DNA from: Carcharhinus amblyrhynchos
Lineage: Eukaryota
NCBI GenBank assembly: GCA_965287045.1
Contig: OZ336886.1
Location: 26,102,001-26,166,000, forward strand
Direction of reading: 5' to 3'
DNA: 64,000 bases
This document shows positions 39,152-52,120 of this stretch, piece by piece (within the stretch, counting starts at the first letter, position 1; each line of letters begins with the position of its first letter). The notes under the pieces were generated by a model, which saw only the letters and a program-made list of their open reading frames with translations, was not told the origin of the DNA and ran no database searches. The position numbers and the translations under genes are program-made.

Positions 39152-39220
39152 AAATGGAATGCAGCTACTCTGATGTTCCAAAGACTCAGGCAATGAAACC
39201 AGAAAGTGCTGAAGAAAAAG
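39152..39220 (+). other. Candidate 69-nt exon (phase conflict)
   Basis: ctaatctcag acceptor and aag|gtatgg donor. It is open as (E)MECSYSDVPKTQAMKPESAEEK only in phase 1, whereas the neighbouring candidate junctions are phase 0. Confidence 0.3.
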
Positions 39221-39499
39221 GTATGGTCAGAACTAATGCTTTACAATGGTCATATTATTTTGGAAATTAGATTTGGCGTTGCAAATTTAAAAATCCATGA
39301 AATGACCCATCAGCATACTTACATGTATTTCTGAAATTCATGCCAAGTACAGCTTTCAAATTTTTTACACCTGTTTGCTGAAAATGTAATTCTAATTAAT
39401 ATAAACTATATTTCCTGTTGTCCTCCTACAAAATCTTCTGAACTAGAATCTTTTTCAATATTTTGTGTAACCCACATTAAAGAAAAAAAGAATTTTTAA

Positions 39500-39865
39500 A
39501 TTTTAAAAAGCACATTCTCAGGATATCTTATAGAACTTCACAACCAGTTAACTACTTTTGAAATGTTGCCACTGCTGTCATGTAGACGGATACATGAACT
39601 AATTTAGTGTGTGATCTCATAAATAGCAAGCGAGATAAATTAGCAGCTTATCAGTTTTGATGTTATTGATTGAGAGAAAATTAGTGAAGTCCCCTCCTTT
39701 TTCTTAAATGTTTCTGTGGATGTTTGGTTTAAGATCTGATCTAAAACATTCCATTTCAAATAATGCGCCACTCCCTCAATACTGTAGGAATGTCAATCTA
39801 CATTACATTCAAGCTATTGAACATGGCTTTCTGACTTGCAACAAGTGAATGATCACTGAGAAAAG
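39500..39865 (-). mobile_element. DeuSINE-like (SacSINE1-type) element, decayed
   Basis: tacttttgaaatgttgccactgctgtcatgtag, aataatgcgccactccctcaatactg and a tRNA-like end; homologous to 40680-41236. Confidence 0.6.
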
Positions 39866-40307
39866 TCATTACTTTAAAGTAGACTAATCTTGGAAATTAT
39901 GGAAGGATTAGTTCCTGTTGACATAAAGGTTCCACCCAACTGCTCTCCACCAATATCCTCCAGAGATCATGATCACAAGAAATTCAGGCTCAAACTTCAA
40001 ATTGAAGTTGTGTTCTCTGGCTGTGCTGATAATCAGAGGTGAGGTTATTTCCAGACCAAAAATTGTGAAGCAAGTAAATGATAATTTTTGCACCTCTTAG
40101 TTGCTGCATACAAACAATCAAACTCTTCAAACATGAGGAATGATTGACAGGAGATAACTGCTAAAGAGAAACAGAAAATACTAAAATGAGGGAATATTTA
40201 TAATGATGCAATGGCAAATAACTAGCTAAAAACTTAGCTGATATATTTCAAATGTAATCAAAGTGCTGCAAGGATACTGTGTTGATACAATTCTAATTTT
40301 GTTTTAG

Positions 40308-40383
40308 CAGAATGAGAAAGTAAACGTTCCTTTTACATCAGCCTCAACCAAAAGCATTAAAAGCACACAGAATGAAGACCAAG
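40308..40383 (+). CDS. Candidate coding exon (QNEKVNVPFTSASTKSIKSTQNEDQ)
   Basis: ttctaattttgttttag acceptor (NAGNAG alternative at 40311) and aag|gtaatg donor. It joins in frame to the phase-0 donor at 37304. Confidence 0.45.
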
Positions 40384-40679
40384 GTAATGAAAAACAATTT
40401 TTTAAAAACTGCATAACTGTACAACAGACTATCAATGGCTTTGCAGTCAGATTGGAAGAGTATCAAGGATTATTACTGCCATATTTGGTGCATATTTGGA
40501 TATATTCTGGTTTGTTCTACTGAAATTCAGATATCCTTGTCCCTTTAAAAAATGATGCCATATATTTGCAGTCAGTTTTGATTTCTCTGACCAGGGAATC
40601 TCTGAAATAACAGTGATTGTAAATAATCCAAACAGCCATCTCTGAACCTCAGGAGTTAAGAATCAATCAAAAAGAAAAT

Positions 40680-41236
40680 GAAGAGCTTGCATTTCTTTAG
40701 TACCTTCCATGATCTCCAGATGTCCCAATGCAGTTATAATCAGCCAATGAAATGCTTTTGAAGTGTAGTCACTGTTGTAACATAATAATATCAGCAGTCA
40801 ATTTGCACATAAGGCCCTCCAAACAACATTGTAAAAAAATTACGATTTTGTGTGTGGGTTGAGGGATAAATGTTGGCCAGAACAAGAGAAAATTTGCTGC
40901 TTTTGTTGAATAAAACCATGCGATCTTATGGCTGGAATTTTACCAGCACACCTGCCCCAGAACTGGGGAGGGCGAGGCTCACAGAATGGGATTCTCCATT
41001 GGCTTTGGGCGGGATTTTACGGGCCTTGCCCGAGCATGGTCATAAAATCCCGGCCCATATGCCCACTCAAGGAGACAGACTTGGTTCAATGTCTTGTCCA
41101 AAAGTTATCATCTCAAATGGTGCAGCAGACCTTCAAAAATATCAGCCTGGACTATGTACTCTAGTTTTTGGAGTGGAAAGGAATTCATGATTGTTTGATT
41201 CAGAGGTAAAAGAATGCTAACACTTAATCAAGGCTG
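40680..41236 (-). mobile_element. DeuSINE-like (SacSINE1-type) element with a short MITE inserted at 40929-41056
   Basis: Deu-core segment ggttgagggataaatgttggccagaaca and cttttgaagtgtagtcactgttgtaa. The MITE has TIRs ggctggaatttt / aaaatcccggcc. Confidence 0.7.
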
Positions 41237-41382
41237 GTATCTGGCAGGAGTAAAGTCACTAATAATACCCTAAAATGATAGAAAAATCTACAACTTTGAA
41301 AAAAAGAATTTCCTGATACAACTGCTGTGTTCTTTTACTCATTATGAAGGATTGTACTTTAAAATAATCTAGGGAAGAGGCA

Positions 41383-42260
41383 AAACATAGAAACATAAAA
41401 AATAGGTGCAGGAGTAGGCCACTCAGCCTTTCGAGCCTGCACCACCATTCAATATGATTATGGTTGATCATGCACTTACAGTATCCTGCTCTTGCTTTCT
41501 CTCCATACTTCTTGATCCCTTTAGCCGCAAGGGCCACATCCAGCTCCCTCTTGAATGTATCTAATGAACTTTCTGTGGTAAAGAATTCCACAGGTTCACA
41601 ACTCTCTGAGTGAAGAGGTTCTTCCTCATCTCAGTCTTGAATGGTTTACCCCTTATGCTCAACATCAGGAACATTCTTCCCACATCTAACCTGTTCAGCC
41701 CCATCAGGATTTTATATGTTTCTATGAGATCCCCTCTCATTCTTCTAAATTTCAGTGAGTATAAGCCCAGTCGATCCAGTCTTTCTTCATATGTCAGTCC
41801 TGCCATTCTGGGAATCAGCTGGTGAACCTTCACTGGACTCTCTCAATAGCAAGAATGTCCTCCCTCAGACCAGGAGACCAAAACTACACACAATACTCAA
41901 GGTATGGCATCACCAAGGCCCTGCATAATTTCAGCAAGACATCCCTACTCCTATACGCAAATCCTTTTGCTATTAAGGCCAGCATGCCATTAGCTTTCTT
42001 CACCGCCTGCTGTACCTACGTGCCAACCTTCAACGACTGTTCCACTTCCCCTTTTTCTAAACTGCCACAATTCGGATAATAATCTTCCTTCCTGTTTTTG
42101 CCACCAAAGTGGATAATCTTACATTTATCCACATTATTTTGCATTTGCCAAGTATTTGCCCATTCAGTCAGACTGTCCAAGTCACCCTGCAGCCTCTTAC
42201 CCTCCTCATCATAGCATACACTGCCAGCTAGTTTAGTGTTGCTAGAAATTTGGAGTTATT
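41383..42260 (-). mobile_element. CR1 LINE 3' fragment
   Basis: ORF 41561..41833 GLTYEERLDRLGLYSLKFRRMRGDLIETYKI; tail aaacatagaaacata. Confidence 0.92.
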
Positions 42261-42780
42261 TGCCAGAATTTTACTGCCTTGTCCACCCAAGGCTCATAAG
42301 ATCCCACCCAGGAGCAACGGAGTATGCCATTTCGTGAACCTCGCCCACCCTGGAATCGGGGTAGATGTGCTGGTAAAATTCTGGCAATTGTATTCAATTC
42401 CTTCGTCCAATAATGCACATGTTTAATAATTTGTTCAAAAAAAAGATGTAGCACCAGAAGACTGGTGAACAGCTAACATAATTCCTACATTTAGGATGTG
42501 GCGGAGGGAATATTCCAGGGAATTATAGACTAGTTGGTTAAACTTTGGTGATAGGAAACATAATAGAATGCCTACTAGAGGAGAGAATAGAAGGACATAT
42601 GTGGTGGAATTTCCCCATCCTGCCTACTGTATGAATTGTAGTGGGTGGGACAGAAAATTTGGCAGACCATTTAAAGCTCTGTTGATCTCAGGCCAGAATT
42701 TCTGGTCTTGGGGCGCCCACGTTTGGAAAATCTTACCAATAGAAACAAAAAAAATGTCAATTTTAATTTCAAATGGTGAA

Positions 42781-43704
42781 GGGTTGAATTCTCCCAAAAA
42801 AAATTCGAAGTGCCGAATTTGCGTAAAAACAGGAGTGAATCCACTGGTTTTTCCAGCAGGATTTTCAAATGAATCTCACACATTCTGCACACTTCAGAGT
42901 ATATTAGTGTGAATTTCATTAAAAATCAGGGGATAAAGCATATTCCTGCTTGGCGCTGAATAATCACTGCACATTTGCTGATCTGTCATAGCGGAGATCT
43001 GCACATGCGCAATAGCCCTGCACTGCTGACCGCCCGTATGATCACTGGCCAGAACAGCAACCTCCCATTGCTGGCCATGTGACCCCCTTAATATCTGATA
43101 ACACCTGATCGTTGCTCTCCCAGATGAGTCTGGGCCAGACCGACCCCTCCACTCCCAGCCTACCTTGATCGCCCAATCCCGATCTCCCAAATCCCCCCCC
43201 CAAGATGCTCTGCCCCCATTGACTCCACTCCTTTGGCACTGCCTGGTACCCAGTGGATAGTGCCAAGGTGCCACCTAAACACTGTCACTTTACCCTTCAG
43301 GCAGTGCGAAGGGGGCTAGGCTGCCACTGCCAGGCTGCAAATGCCTACAGACACCCCCCTTCTTATTCCTGACCTCCTTGGTGGCCTCCATAACCCCCTT
43401 TACTCCAGTGGGATCGGGTCACCAGTTCCCCACTAGTGGGGAGTTATTGTAAAACCTGCTGAAGTGAAACACACCTGGTGGGGGGAGTGAGGCTAGTGGA
43501 CCAAGAGACTTCAGTCCAAAACCTGCTAAGTATATGCTGATGATTATTAGCATAATTTATTCAGCTCGATTCCTTGTGTGGAGCTGATGGCGTCAGAAAT
43601 CAGGTGACTGGAGATGCGTTAGAAAACCTGCTACACAGCTTCTTCTTGAGTTCCTGGCCTGCTGCACTGCTAGAGCAGTGCAGTGGACTGGGAGAATTGC
43701 TCCC
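42781..43704 (+). mobile_element. ~0.9-kb Harbinger-type MITE
   Basis: TIRs gggttgaattctccc / gggagaattgctccc, flanked by gaa / aaa; homologous to 18889-19887. Confidence 0.8.
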
Positions 43705-44337
43705 AAAATCTTGACCAACCTTATTGAATTTTTGAGGTGATAACAGTAACAGTTGTAATGCAATAGATGTAATTTACCTGGATTTTTGAAAGTGTGTATC
43801 ATAATAGACAGATAAATAAAGTCCACAATTAAGGCCATCAATATCAAATAGTCACCAAAATCTTAATAGGACGTTCAGAACAAAATTCTTCGTTCCAGGA
43901 ATGATGACAATACAGAACTTGTTATTGCAGAGAATGCTTGAAGCGAATAGTAAAGATGCATTTAAAGGGAAGTTGAATGAATCAGCTTCCCTGATATGAG
44001 CAAGAGGGGAATTGTATGTTACAATGGTAGATTTAGATAAGAAAGATGGGAAGAGGTTTGACTAGAGTGTAAAAGTTAGCATGATCTGTTTGGATCAAAA
44101 GCCTGTTTCTATGAGGTATAACCTATGCAATGTAAAATTAAAATATGTTGGGCTTGAAGAAAAAAGTGGATTTTACTGCTCTAATTGAATGGATTTTTAA
44201 ATTTTTCTGGGAATTGATCAATTATGAAATAGACCCCTAACATAGTGTACTTAAAATTGACAGTGTAATATTTAATTACTTATTGCTTTTCTCAACAATC
44301 CAGAAATAATAAGTGTTCAGTGCCTATTTTCTTTCAG

Positions 44338-44386
44338 CCGTGGTCTGATTCAGCAATTCCACTACATGAGAGAATTCTGGACAAAA
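44338..44386 (+). other. Candidate small exon
   Basis: Strong acceptor cctattttctttcag; possible donors aaa|gtgggt or gag|gtaatc (44396). The reading frame is unresolved. Confidence 0.3.
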
Positions 44387-46098
44387 GTGGGTAGAGGTAA
44401 TCGAAAGGAGGTTAAACAACCAGGACAATAGAAGTTGACGTTGCTGTCGATTGGAAAAGTTGATATAGTTTCAGTGGTTGGTAGTTAAGGGAGTTAATTG
44501 GCATTTGAAAGTTTTCAAAGGGTACTCTTTGCCACTTTCTAGATAATTGAGGTAATTAATGCAAAGTGACTGCACTTGCTAAAGATTTCAAAGAAAGCTG
44601 TCAACATAAGTCTGGAGAACTCGGTGGCATGAGTTGCACCTTTCCCAATGTTAACTTTATTCTGGAGGCAGCTGTAGGGGATCCCTGATGTCCCGCAAAG
44701 TGATGTTATCAAAAAAGCAATGCAGCCAATGACATTGGAGAATTCTCACCTGAAGAAAACCGGGAAGTAACCTGTAGGTTTTATAGTTTTCATTTGGTCA
44801 TGCGTGATTTGCCTGAAGATAGGTTCAAGACTCATTGTTTGCAGATGCTTCAGCCTGAGAAGTTTTCTTGGCAGTTTGTTGTCAGTGGTGGATTGCCATT
44901 ACCAGGGCAAGTAGGCGGGTTCCAAATGTCCCTCGCCTGAAATGCTGTTGGTGTTATTCCAAGCGAAAAGCTAGCCAGCTGAGCTAATCAACCCCCACTT
45001 TGTTTACGGAATATTTATCATTGAATGAAGAAATTGGACATTCCAGGGATATAAAATTAGTTTTTAAGGCCAGAGACGTTCGTCACTAATTGTAAATACG
45101 GTACACAGGTAAAAATCAATTCACAGCTCATTCAACAAGGCATAACTTTTTCAAGGATTTTTATAACACTGAAAATGATAATACAGAAAGTAGAAGTTCA
45201 TATCAATTAAGTTATTTCTAATTGATTTCCAACAGCAAGGATTCAAAAGCACATCTTACGTAAGAATGTGCAATAGCTGACATCAGCATTTGGATTTTTC
45301 TGTTTAACTGGGCAGGTGTGAATGCCAAGAGTTGCTGTCAGTTTTCCAGAACAATGTAGTGATTGCTAACGATTTTGCTGCTATCCTAACTGTAAAGCCT
45401 GGGCCAATACATTTCTTTGCCACATGGAGCTAAAAGCAATTTAAATCTCAGCTGTTTCATTTCTTGCATTACGATTGTGCCTAGATTTAAAAAACATTCT
45501 TAATTGGATGTAAAGTATGTTGGAACACCTAAAAGATGCTACATAAATGCAAGTCTCTCTTTTCTTTGAGGAGTCGTTGAAAGCTTTCTCAGTTATGCAC
45601 GTTTTGGCATTCATATCTAGGCATTACATAGATACTCTTGTGAGCTCATTGAACTACTGACACTGCGTGGCAGTTCTTCAGATGTTGGGGGAACACTGAT
45701 TTTCTCTATGGCCTCCCCGCTTTTAATTACTTCAGACTCTTTAAAGATTATATCAGAATTTTTTTTTTCTTTTCCAGTGATAGAAACCTTTTAGTTGTTC
45801 TGGCCCTGCTCGAGGGAGAAGATTAGTGACAAATTTATGTTAGTGGGCAATATTTTCTCTGCTTTGCTAAACCACCATCAGGAGATAATCGAGACTACTG
45901 TCTTCAATAGATGAAAGAAAAATAAAATGCCTGTTTAATGATGGTTAATTGTTTACATGGAGTGGAATAAAACTGCACACAATACTCCAGGTGTGGCCTT
46001 AACAACACCTTATATAGTTACAATAAAACATCCCTATACTCAAATCTTTTGGCTATTATCATTTGCCTTCTTTACTGCCTGCTGTACCTGCGCACCTT

Positions 46099-47675
46099 GG
46101 GCCCGATTTTACCATCAGGTTGCACCCGTTTTCGGGCATGAAAACTTGGTAAGATCGGGCGTGAGGCGTTCAGAACTTCCAGTGGCTCTGACTCAGCTCG
46201 GTGATAGGGCTGAAATGGGTCAGATGACTCTCTGGGGGGGAGGGAGGTGGATCAGTTGGCTCCCTGGTGGGGGGAGATAGGTGGGTCAGATGGCTTTCTA
46301 GTGGGGAGGTGGGGCAGTGGATGACAGGGGGGTTGTTGCCACTCTGCGTATGATCGATGGTGGGAAAGGAGGGATCCGTTGCCATTCTACATTTGATCAG
46401 TGGGGGGAAAGGGGGTCTGCTGCCACTCTGCATGTGATCAGTTGGGGAGGAGGGTTAGGGGGCCATGATCTGTCTGGGTACTGGGCAAGTGAGGGCATAA
46501 GGGGGTCAGTAATGTTGTTGAGTTGAGACAATGTCCGTGGAACCAGGTGGAGGTATCATCCGGTCAGGATAGTGATGAACATTGTCAGAGAATACAGCAG
46601 GATATAGATAGGCTGGAAAATTGGGCAGAGAAATGGCAAATGGAATTTAATCCAGATAAATGTGAAGTAATGCATTTTGGTAGATCTAATGCAGGGGGAA
46701 GCTATACAATAAATGACAGAACCATCAGGAGTATAGACCACAGAGGGATCTGGTTGTGCAAGTCCACAGATCCTTAAAGGTGGCAACACAGTGGAAAAGG
46801 TGGTGAAGAAGGCATATAGCATGCTTACCTTTATTGGGTGGGCATAGAGTATAAAAGTTGGCATATGATGTTGCAATTATATGGAACGCTGGTTAGGCCA
46901 CATTTGGAATACTGCATCCAGTTCTGGTTGCCATACTAACAAAAGGATGTGGAGGCTTTGGATAGAGTGCAGAAAAGGTTTACCAGGATGTTGCCAGATA
47001 TGGAGGGTCATAGCTATAAGGTGAGATTGAGTAAACTAGGGTTGTTCTCCCTGGAAAGATGGAGGTTGAGGGACAACCTAATAGAATTTTACAAAATTAT
47101 GAAGGGCATAGATAGGGTGAACAGTTGGAAGCTTTTTCCCAGGTCGGAAATGACAAACACGAGCGGTCACAAGTTCAAGGTAAGGGGGGTAAGGTTCAAT
47201 ACAGATATGTGGGGGACGTATTTTACATTGAGGGTGGTGGGGGCCTGGAATGCACTATCAGGCAAGTTGGTTGAGACAGACACACTAGGATCATTTAAGA
47301 CTTATCTAGATAGCCACATGAGCAGTCTTGGAATAGAGGGATACAAACAGATGGTCTAGTTAGGAACACATGATCAGTGCAGGCTTGTAGAGCCAAAGGG
47401 ACTGTTCCTGTGCTGTGTTATCCTTTGTCCTTTAGGAGCGTTTTTCTATATTTTTTTATTGCACATGCGCAGTTGAAGGCTCCGATCGGAGCTGCAGTGT
47501 TTCGGGTACGTTAAGCCCTGTCCACTGGCCTCTGCAGCACGATTCAGAATTGCTGATTTTTTTTCAGGCAGAGTGTATATGGAGGTGCCTGAGAATGGGA
47601 CTAAAAGTTGGATCTGAAACACTCCCAGTTTCAAGTCTGCCCAGCACTTAGAATTAAAATGGTAAAATAGGGCCC
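46099..47675. mobile_element. MITE split by a CR1 and itself inserted in an older reverse-strand CR1 fragment
   Basis: TIRs gggcccgattttacca / tggtaaaatagggccc, flanked by ctt / cat. Confidence 0.75.
46565..47430 (+). mobile_element. CR1 LINE 3' fragment
   Basis: WAEKWQMEFNPDKCEVMHFG and LDRVQKRFTRMLP..LGLFSLE in frameshifted ORFs. Confidence 0.92.
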
Positions 47676-48119
47676 CATGTCTCACTGAGTATCCACCTCT
47701 CTCAATTTACACCCATTCAAATAATAGTAGTGCCACTGGGGAACCATCTGCCAGGAGCAGACGATCCTGCTGTCAGGAAGGACTGGAAAATGCCGCCCAT
47801 AATATATACAGCAGAGTAACAGACCATTCAGCCCAAACAGACCAGGTCAGTGTTTATGCTCAACATGAACCTTGAGGGAGGAAGTACAATTTTAATGTGC
47901 TCTGTTTCACATACCCTATATCTTTAAGATCAATACCTATTATTGGACCTCTAGGACATACCTCTCCTTCCTCGCATTTCTTTGTAGATTATCACTTTTC
48001 TTTATTTGTTCCAGATCAATAAACAAAAACATTTGTAACACTATGTACGAAAATTCTCTCACATATGAGCAAAATTGATTTGGGAAATGTATTATAGTAT
48101 TTAGCAGTTAAGAAGTACC

Positions 48120-49561
48120 TTAAGAAGGGTGCCAGGCAAAAGGCGGGGAATTATAGGCCGGTTAGTTTAACGTCTGTGGTAGGTAAAATGTTAGAATCCG
48201 TCATTAAGGAGGAAATTGCGAGGCATCTTGAAGGGAATTGCTTGATAGGGCGGACGCAACACGGTTTCATTAAAGGGAAGTTGTGTCTGACAAATTTACT
48301 GGAGTTCTATGAGGATGTGTCTAGGGCAGTGGATAGAGGAGAGCCGGTGGATGTGGTCTTTCTGGATTTTCAGAAGGCGTTTGACAAGGTACCTCACAAG
48401 AGGTTATTGCAGAAGGTCAGGGGACATGGAGTTGGGGGTAGGGTGTTAGCGTGGATAGAGGATTGGTTGTCAAATAGGAGGCAGAGAGTGGGGGTCAATG
48501 GGTGCTATTCGGATTGGCGGTTGGTGACTAGTGGGGTGCCCCAGGGGTCGGTGCTGGGGCCTCAGCTATTTACCATTTATATAGATGATCTGGAGGAGGG
48601 AACCGAGTGCAGGGTGTCGAAATTTGCTGATGACACCAAGATTGGGGGAAAGGCAAATTGTGCGGAGGGTGTGGAGAGTCTGCAGAAGGATCTAGATAGG
48701 CTGGGCGAATGGGCCAGGAAATGGCAAATGGAATTTAATGTTGGCAAGTGTGAGGTGGTCCACTTTGGTAGGAAGAATGGTAGGAAGGACTATTACTTAC
48801 GTGGTGAAAAACTGCAGCAGGCGACGGTGCAGAGGGACCTCGGGGTCCTTGTGCATGAGTCGCAAAAACCCAGCTTGCAGGTGCAGCAGGTGGTCAGGAA
48901 GGCGAATGGGATGCTGGCCTTCATAGCGAGGGGGATTGAATATAAAAGTAGGGAGGTCTTGCAGCAGCTGTATAGGGCATTGGTGAGGCCGCAGCTGGAG
49001 TACTGTGTGCAGTTTTGGGCGCCGCACCTGCACAAGGATATTTTGGCCCTGGAGGGAGTGCAGAGGAGGTTTACTAGGCTGATACCGGAGTTGGGGGGAT
49101 TGAGCTATGAGGAGAGGCTGAATAAACTAGGCTTGTACTCGTTAGAGTTTAGAAGAATGAGGGGAGATCTCATTGAGACGTATAAGATGATGAATGGGAT
49201 GGATAGGATAGAGGTGGAGAGACTCTTCCCGCTCAAAAAAGACAGTAGGACTAGGGGGCACAGCCTCAAGATAAAGGGGAGGCGGTTTAGAACGGAGTTG
49301 AGGAGGAACTTCTTCACTCAAAGGGTGGTGAATCTCTGGAATTCTCCGCCCGTTGAAGTGGTGGAGGCTGCCTCGCTAAATATTTTTAAGAAGCGGGTTG
49401 ATGGGTTCTTGATAAGAGAGGGGATTAAGGGTTATGGGGAGAGGGCGGGAAAGTGGAACTGAGCCACAACAGATCAGCCATGATCTTATTGAATGGCGGG
49501 GCAGGCTCGAAGGGCTAGATGGCCTACTCCTGCTCCTATTTCTTATGTTCTTATGTTCTTA
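48120..49561 (+). mobile_element. Young 5'-truncated CR1 LINE with uninterrupted RT and C-terminal ORF2
   Basis: The 428-aa ORF 48176..49462 has QHGF, FLDFQKAFDKVPH, SGVPQGSVLGP, FADD and RRMRGDLIETYK with no stops, and many CpGs are retained. It has a (ttcttatg)n tail; the endonuclease domain and promoter are absent. Confidence 0.97.
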
Positions 49562-51679
49562 CAAAAATAATATCTGCCTCATGGAAATAAGTTAGTGCAA
49601 ACACATGTAGCAAACATATCATAATCCCCATGGAGCATACAAATATTTATTTTTCATATGTTCTTTGTCTGAGAGGTCAGCACAGTGGTCAAGAATTCCC
49701 TCTCAATGTCATCAATAATAATTTTATCAGCCCCCCTCGAGAATGGAATGTCCCCTGTTCCTTTGTCATTTAGGCTGATAGGTCCTGATGAATCTTATCT
49801 AAGACAGGCAGTTTGATGACCTTCTGGTTGGGAACCAAGTGCTGACTGCTTGAGTTCCTCGGCCATCTTGATTGCTGTAATATTTTTAAATTGCCACTGC
49901 CAAATATGCACAATTCTCATTGTGATCTAGTTAAGTCACCTATAACTGATTCCAGTGAACTCATGTCATATTGGTGAATTTATATATAGGAAGTGATTTG
50001 CACAGAACTGTTTTTAAAAAATTCTTGTGATAAATGCTCAAAATAATTTTTATTTAAGATCAATTAATGCATTGTTTATCTTTTGAAAATCCTGTAAGCA
50101 CAATCATTAACTACTTTTTCATAAGGAAGATGAGGACGAGAAAATATCAGCAAGCATTGCACAATTGTGCAATATCTGTGGTTATTTATGAAATTATTAT
50201 ATAAAAGTCCTTATCAAAATGAATAGAGAATTGATTGGATTTTGAATTGTAAAGTTATGCTCATCATATTCAAAGAGAGCTCAAATTGAGTGATACAATC
50301 AAAGTTAATTGCTAATTGTAAATATTTGGAACAGAAGCAAGAGCATTTTTATTGTATAATCATTCATGTGGTTATTGTTTCAGATATGAATTTTTAGCAA
50401 AGCTCTTTGCTGTCAATCCAGGTTGAAAGATGAAATACAAACAATTTGCAAAATACTGTTTAATGACTAGATGATTAGTTTCCTCAAAAATACTTCAAAT
50501 CTAGCACTCTCTGGTCTTCAAAAGAATGATTATTTTCTGCATTAATAAGTCATCAAATGACAATTCCTTCATTTCATTGGGGCAGTTTTTTGTGGGGAGT
50601 TCTAAAATGGGTGAGCTGGTAAAATTGGGTGCCGGTAGAATTAAGTGGAAAAAATTCTGAGCAGATCAGGAAGCCAAACTCCAACCTACCAACTCCTGTA
50701 GGTTCCTCCTATGGAATAGTAGTAGAGGTCATTGCACTGCTAATTCACAAAACTAAGACCACACTCTGCAGTTCCTTGCTTGAATCCCATCATGGTAGGT
50801 GATAAATCATCCTGTGGCAGGCATGGGTGGGTTGATCATTGTCCAGTCTGCTCCAAGAGCAATCTACCAACTTCCAGGTTTTACTGTTGGACAAATGGTG
50901 TGGAGTCAACGCATTCCCAGGGTAGGGGTTGGTATTTTTAATGCATGGACAAGGCTGGAAGCTTCAGTTCAAATCTGCTTTTCAGGTTTAACTGGGGACA
51001 ACCAGACATTTCAGATCTGGGGGAACATGACAGCTGCAGCAGGACAAACTTAGGGAGAAGGCAAACTGTCACAGGACTCCTATTATGGCAGGAGCAGCAA
51101 GAGTGCTTTCTTACAGCTTGATGAAGTTCTCCACTCCATTCTGCTATCCCCATTACGGCTAAGGATTGGACCCCTTCAGGATCAGACATCCCCTTGAATT
51201 CAGGCATAGGACCTACCATAACCTGTGGCTTTCTCCAGTGTGCTTCCTGCTCAATTAATCACCAAACCTGTGAATTAGTTAAAGTTCCACAAGATGCAGG
51301 AAAACCCAGACTTCCAAATTTCCTGTGTGCTAACAGGACCCAACATGCTTACCTGTACTGCTCCTAGCATACTGGCAAGTAAAAAAAAAAACTCTGTAAA
51401 TTTCATTGCTTCAACAGGGGTTTGAAACAAAATCATCTAAAAAAACTGCTACTGAGATTTTCTAATCAACCTGTAAAATGTGGAACATCTGCCTACTGTT
51501 TCCAAGACAAATGATACCACAAGGCTGACTCTTGGTAGGTGAGAGAGGCCATGGAACTTCTCACATCAGAATTCCCATTCCCCCAGCTCCATTGGAATTA
51601 GACTAGAGGTTGGTATGCTGTAACAGATACTATTTTATTATTATAGTGACTTAACTATATTAAGGATGTGAAAGTATGC

Positions 51680-52120
51680 AAGGGAGATCTAGGGATGAGG
51701 AACTTAAGCTGTGTGAATAGATTGAACAAACTGGGAATGTTCTACTTCAAGAAGAGGAGATTAAGAATGATTTGCTAGAAATGTTCAAAATCATGAGGGG
51801 TCAGGACAGAGTCGATGGAGAGAAACTATTTCCATTGCCAGAAGAATCCATAATGCAGATTTAAGATGAACAGCAAAAGAAGCAAAGATGACAAGAGGAA
51901 AGCTTCTTTCTGCAGTAAAAATGCACTATCTTAGGATATTGTGGACGCAGATTCAATCAACAGCTTCAGCATGGAATTAAATAATTTATCTGGAGGAAGA
52001 GGATTTGCAAGGCTATGGGATAAAGGCAGAGCAATGGGATGAGGTGAGTTGTTCTTGCTGAAAGCAAACATAGACATATGAGCTGAATGGCCTCCTCTGC
52101 ACTGCAACAATTATATGATT
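51680..52120 (+). mobile_element. Old CR1 3' fragment
   Basis: Decayed RLNKLGMF..RRLR..LLEMFKIMRG; 3' UTR gagctgaatggcctcctctgcactg. Confidence 0.75.

Noticed and set aside
48176-49462. Functional stand-alone reverse transcriptase gene
   Set aside because: The ORF starts at a GTG within a 5'-truncated CR1, has no endonuclease domain or promoter, and its intactness is explained by young age.
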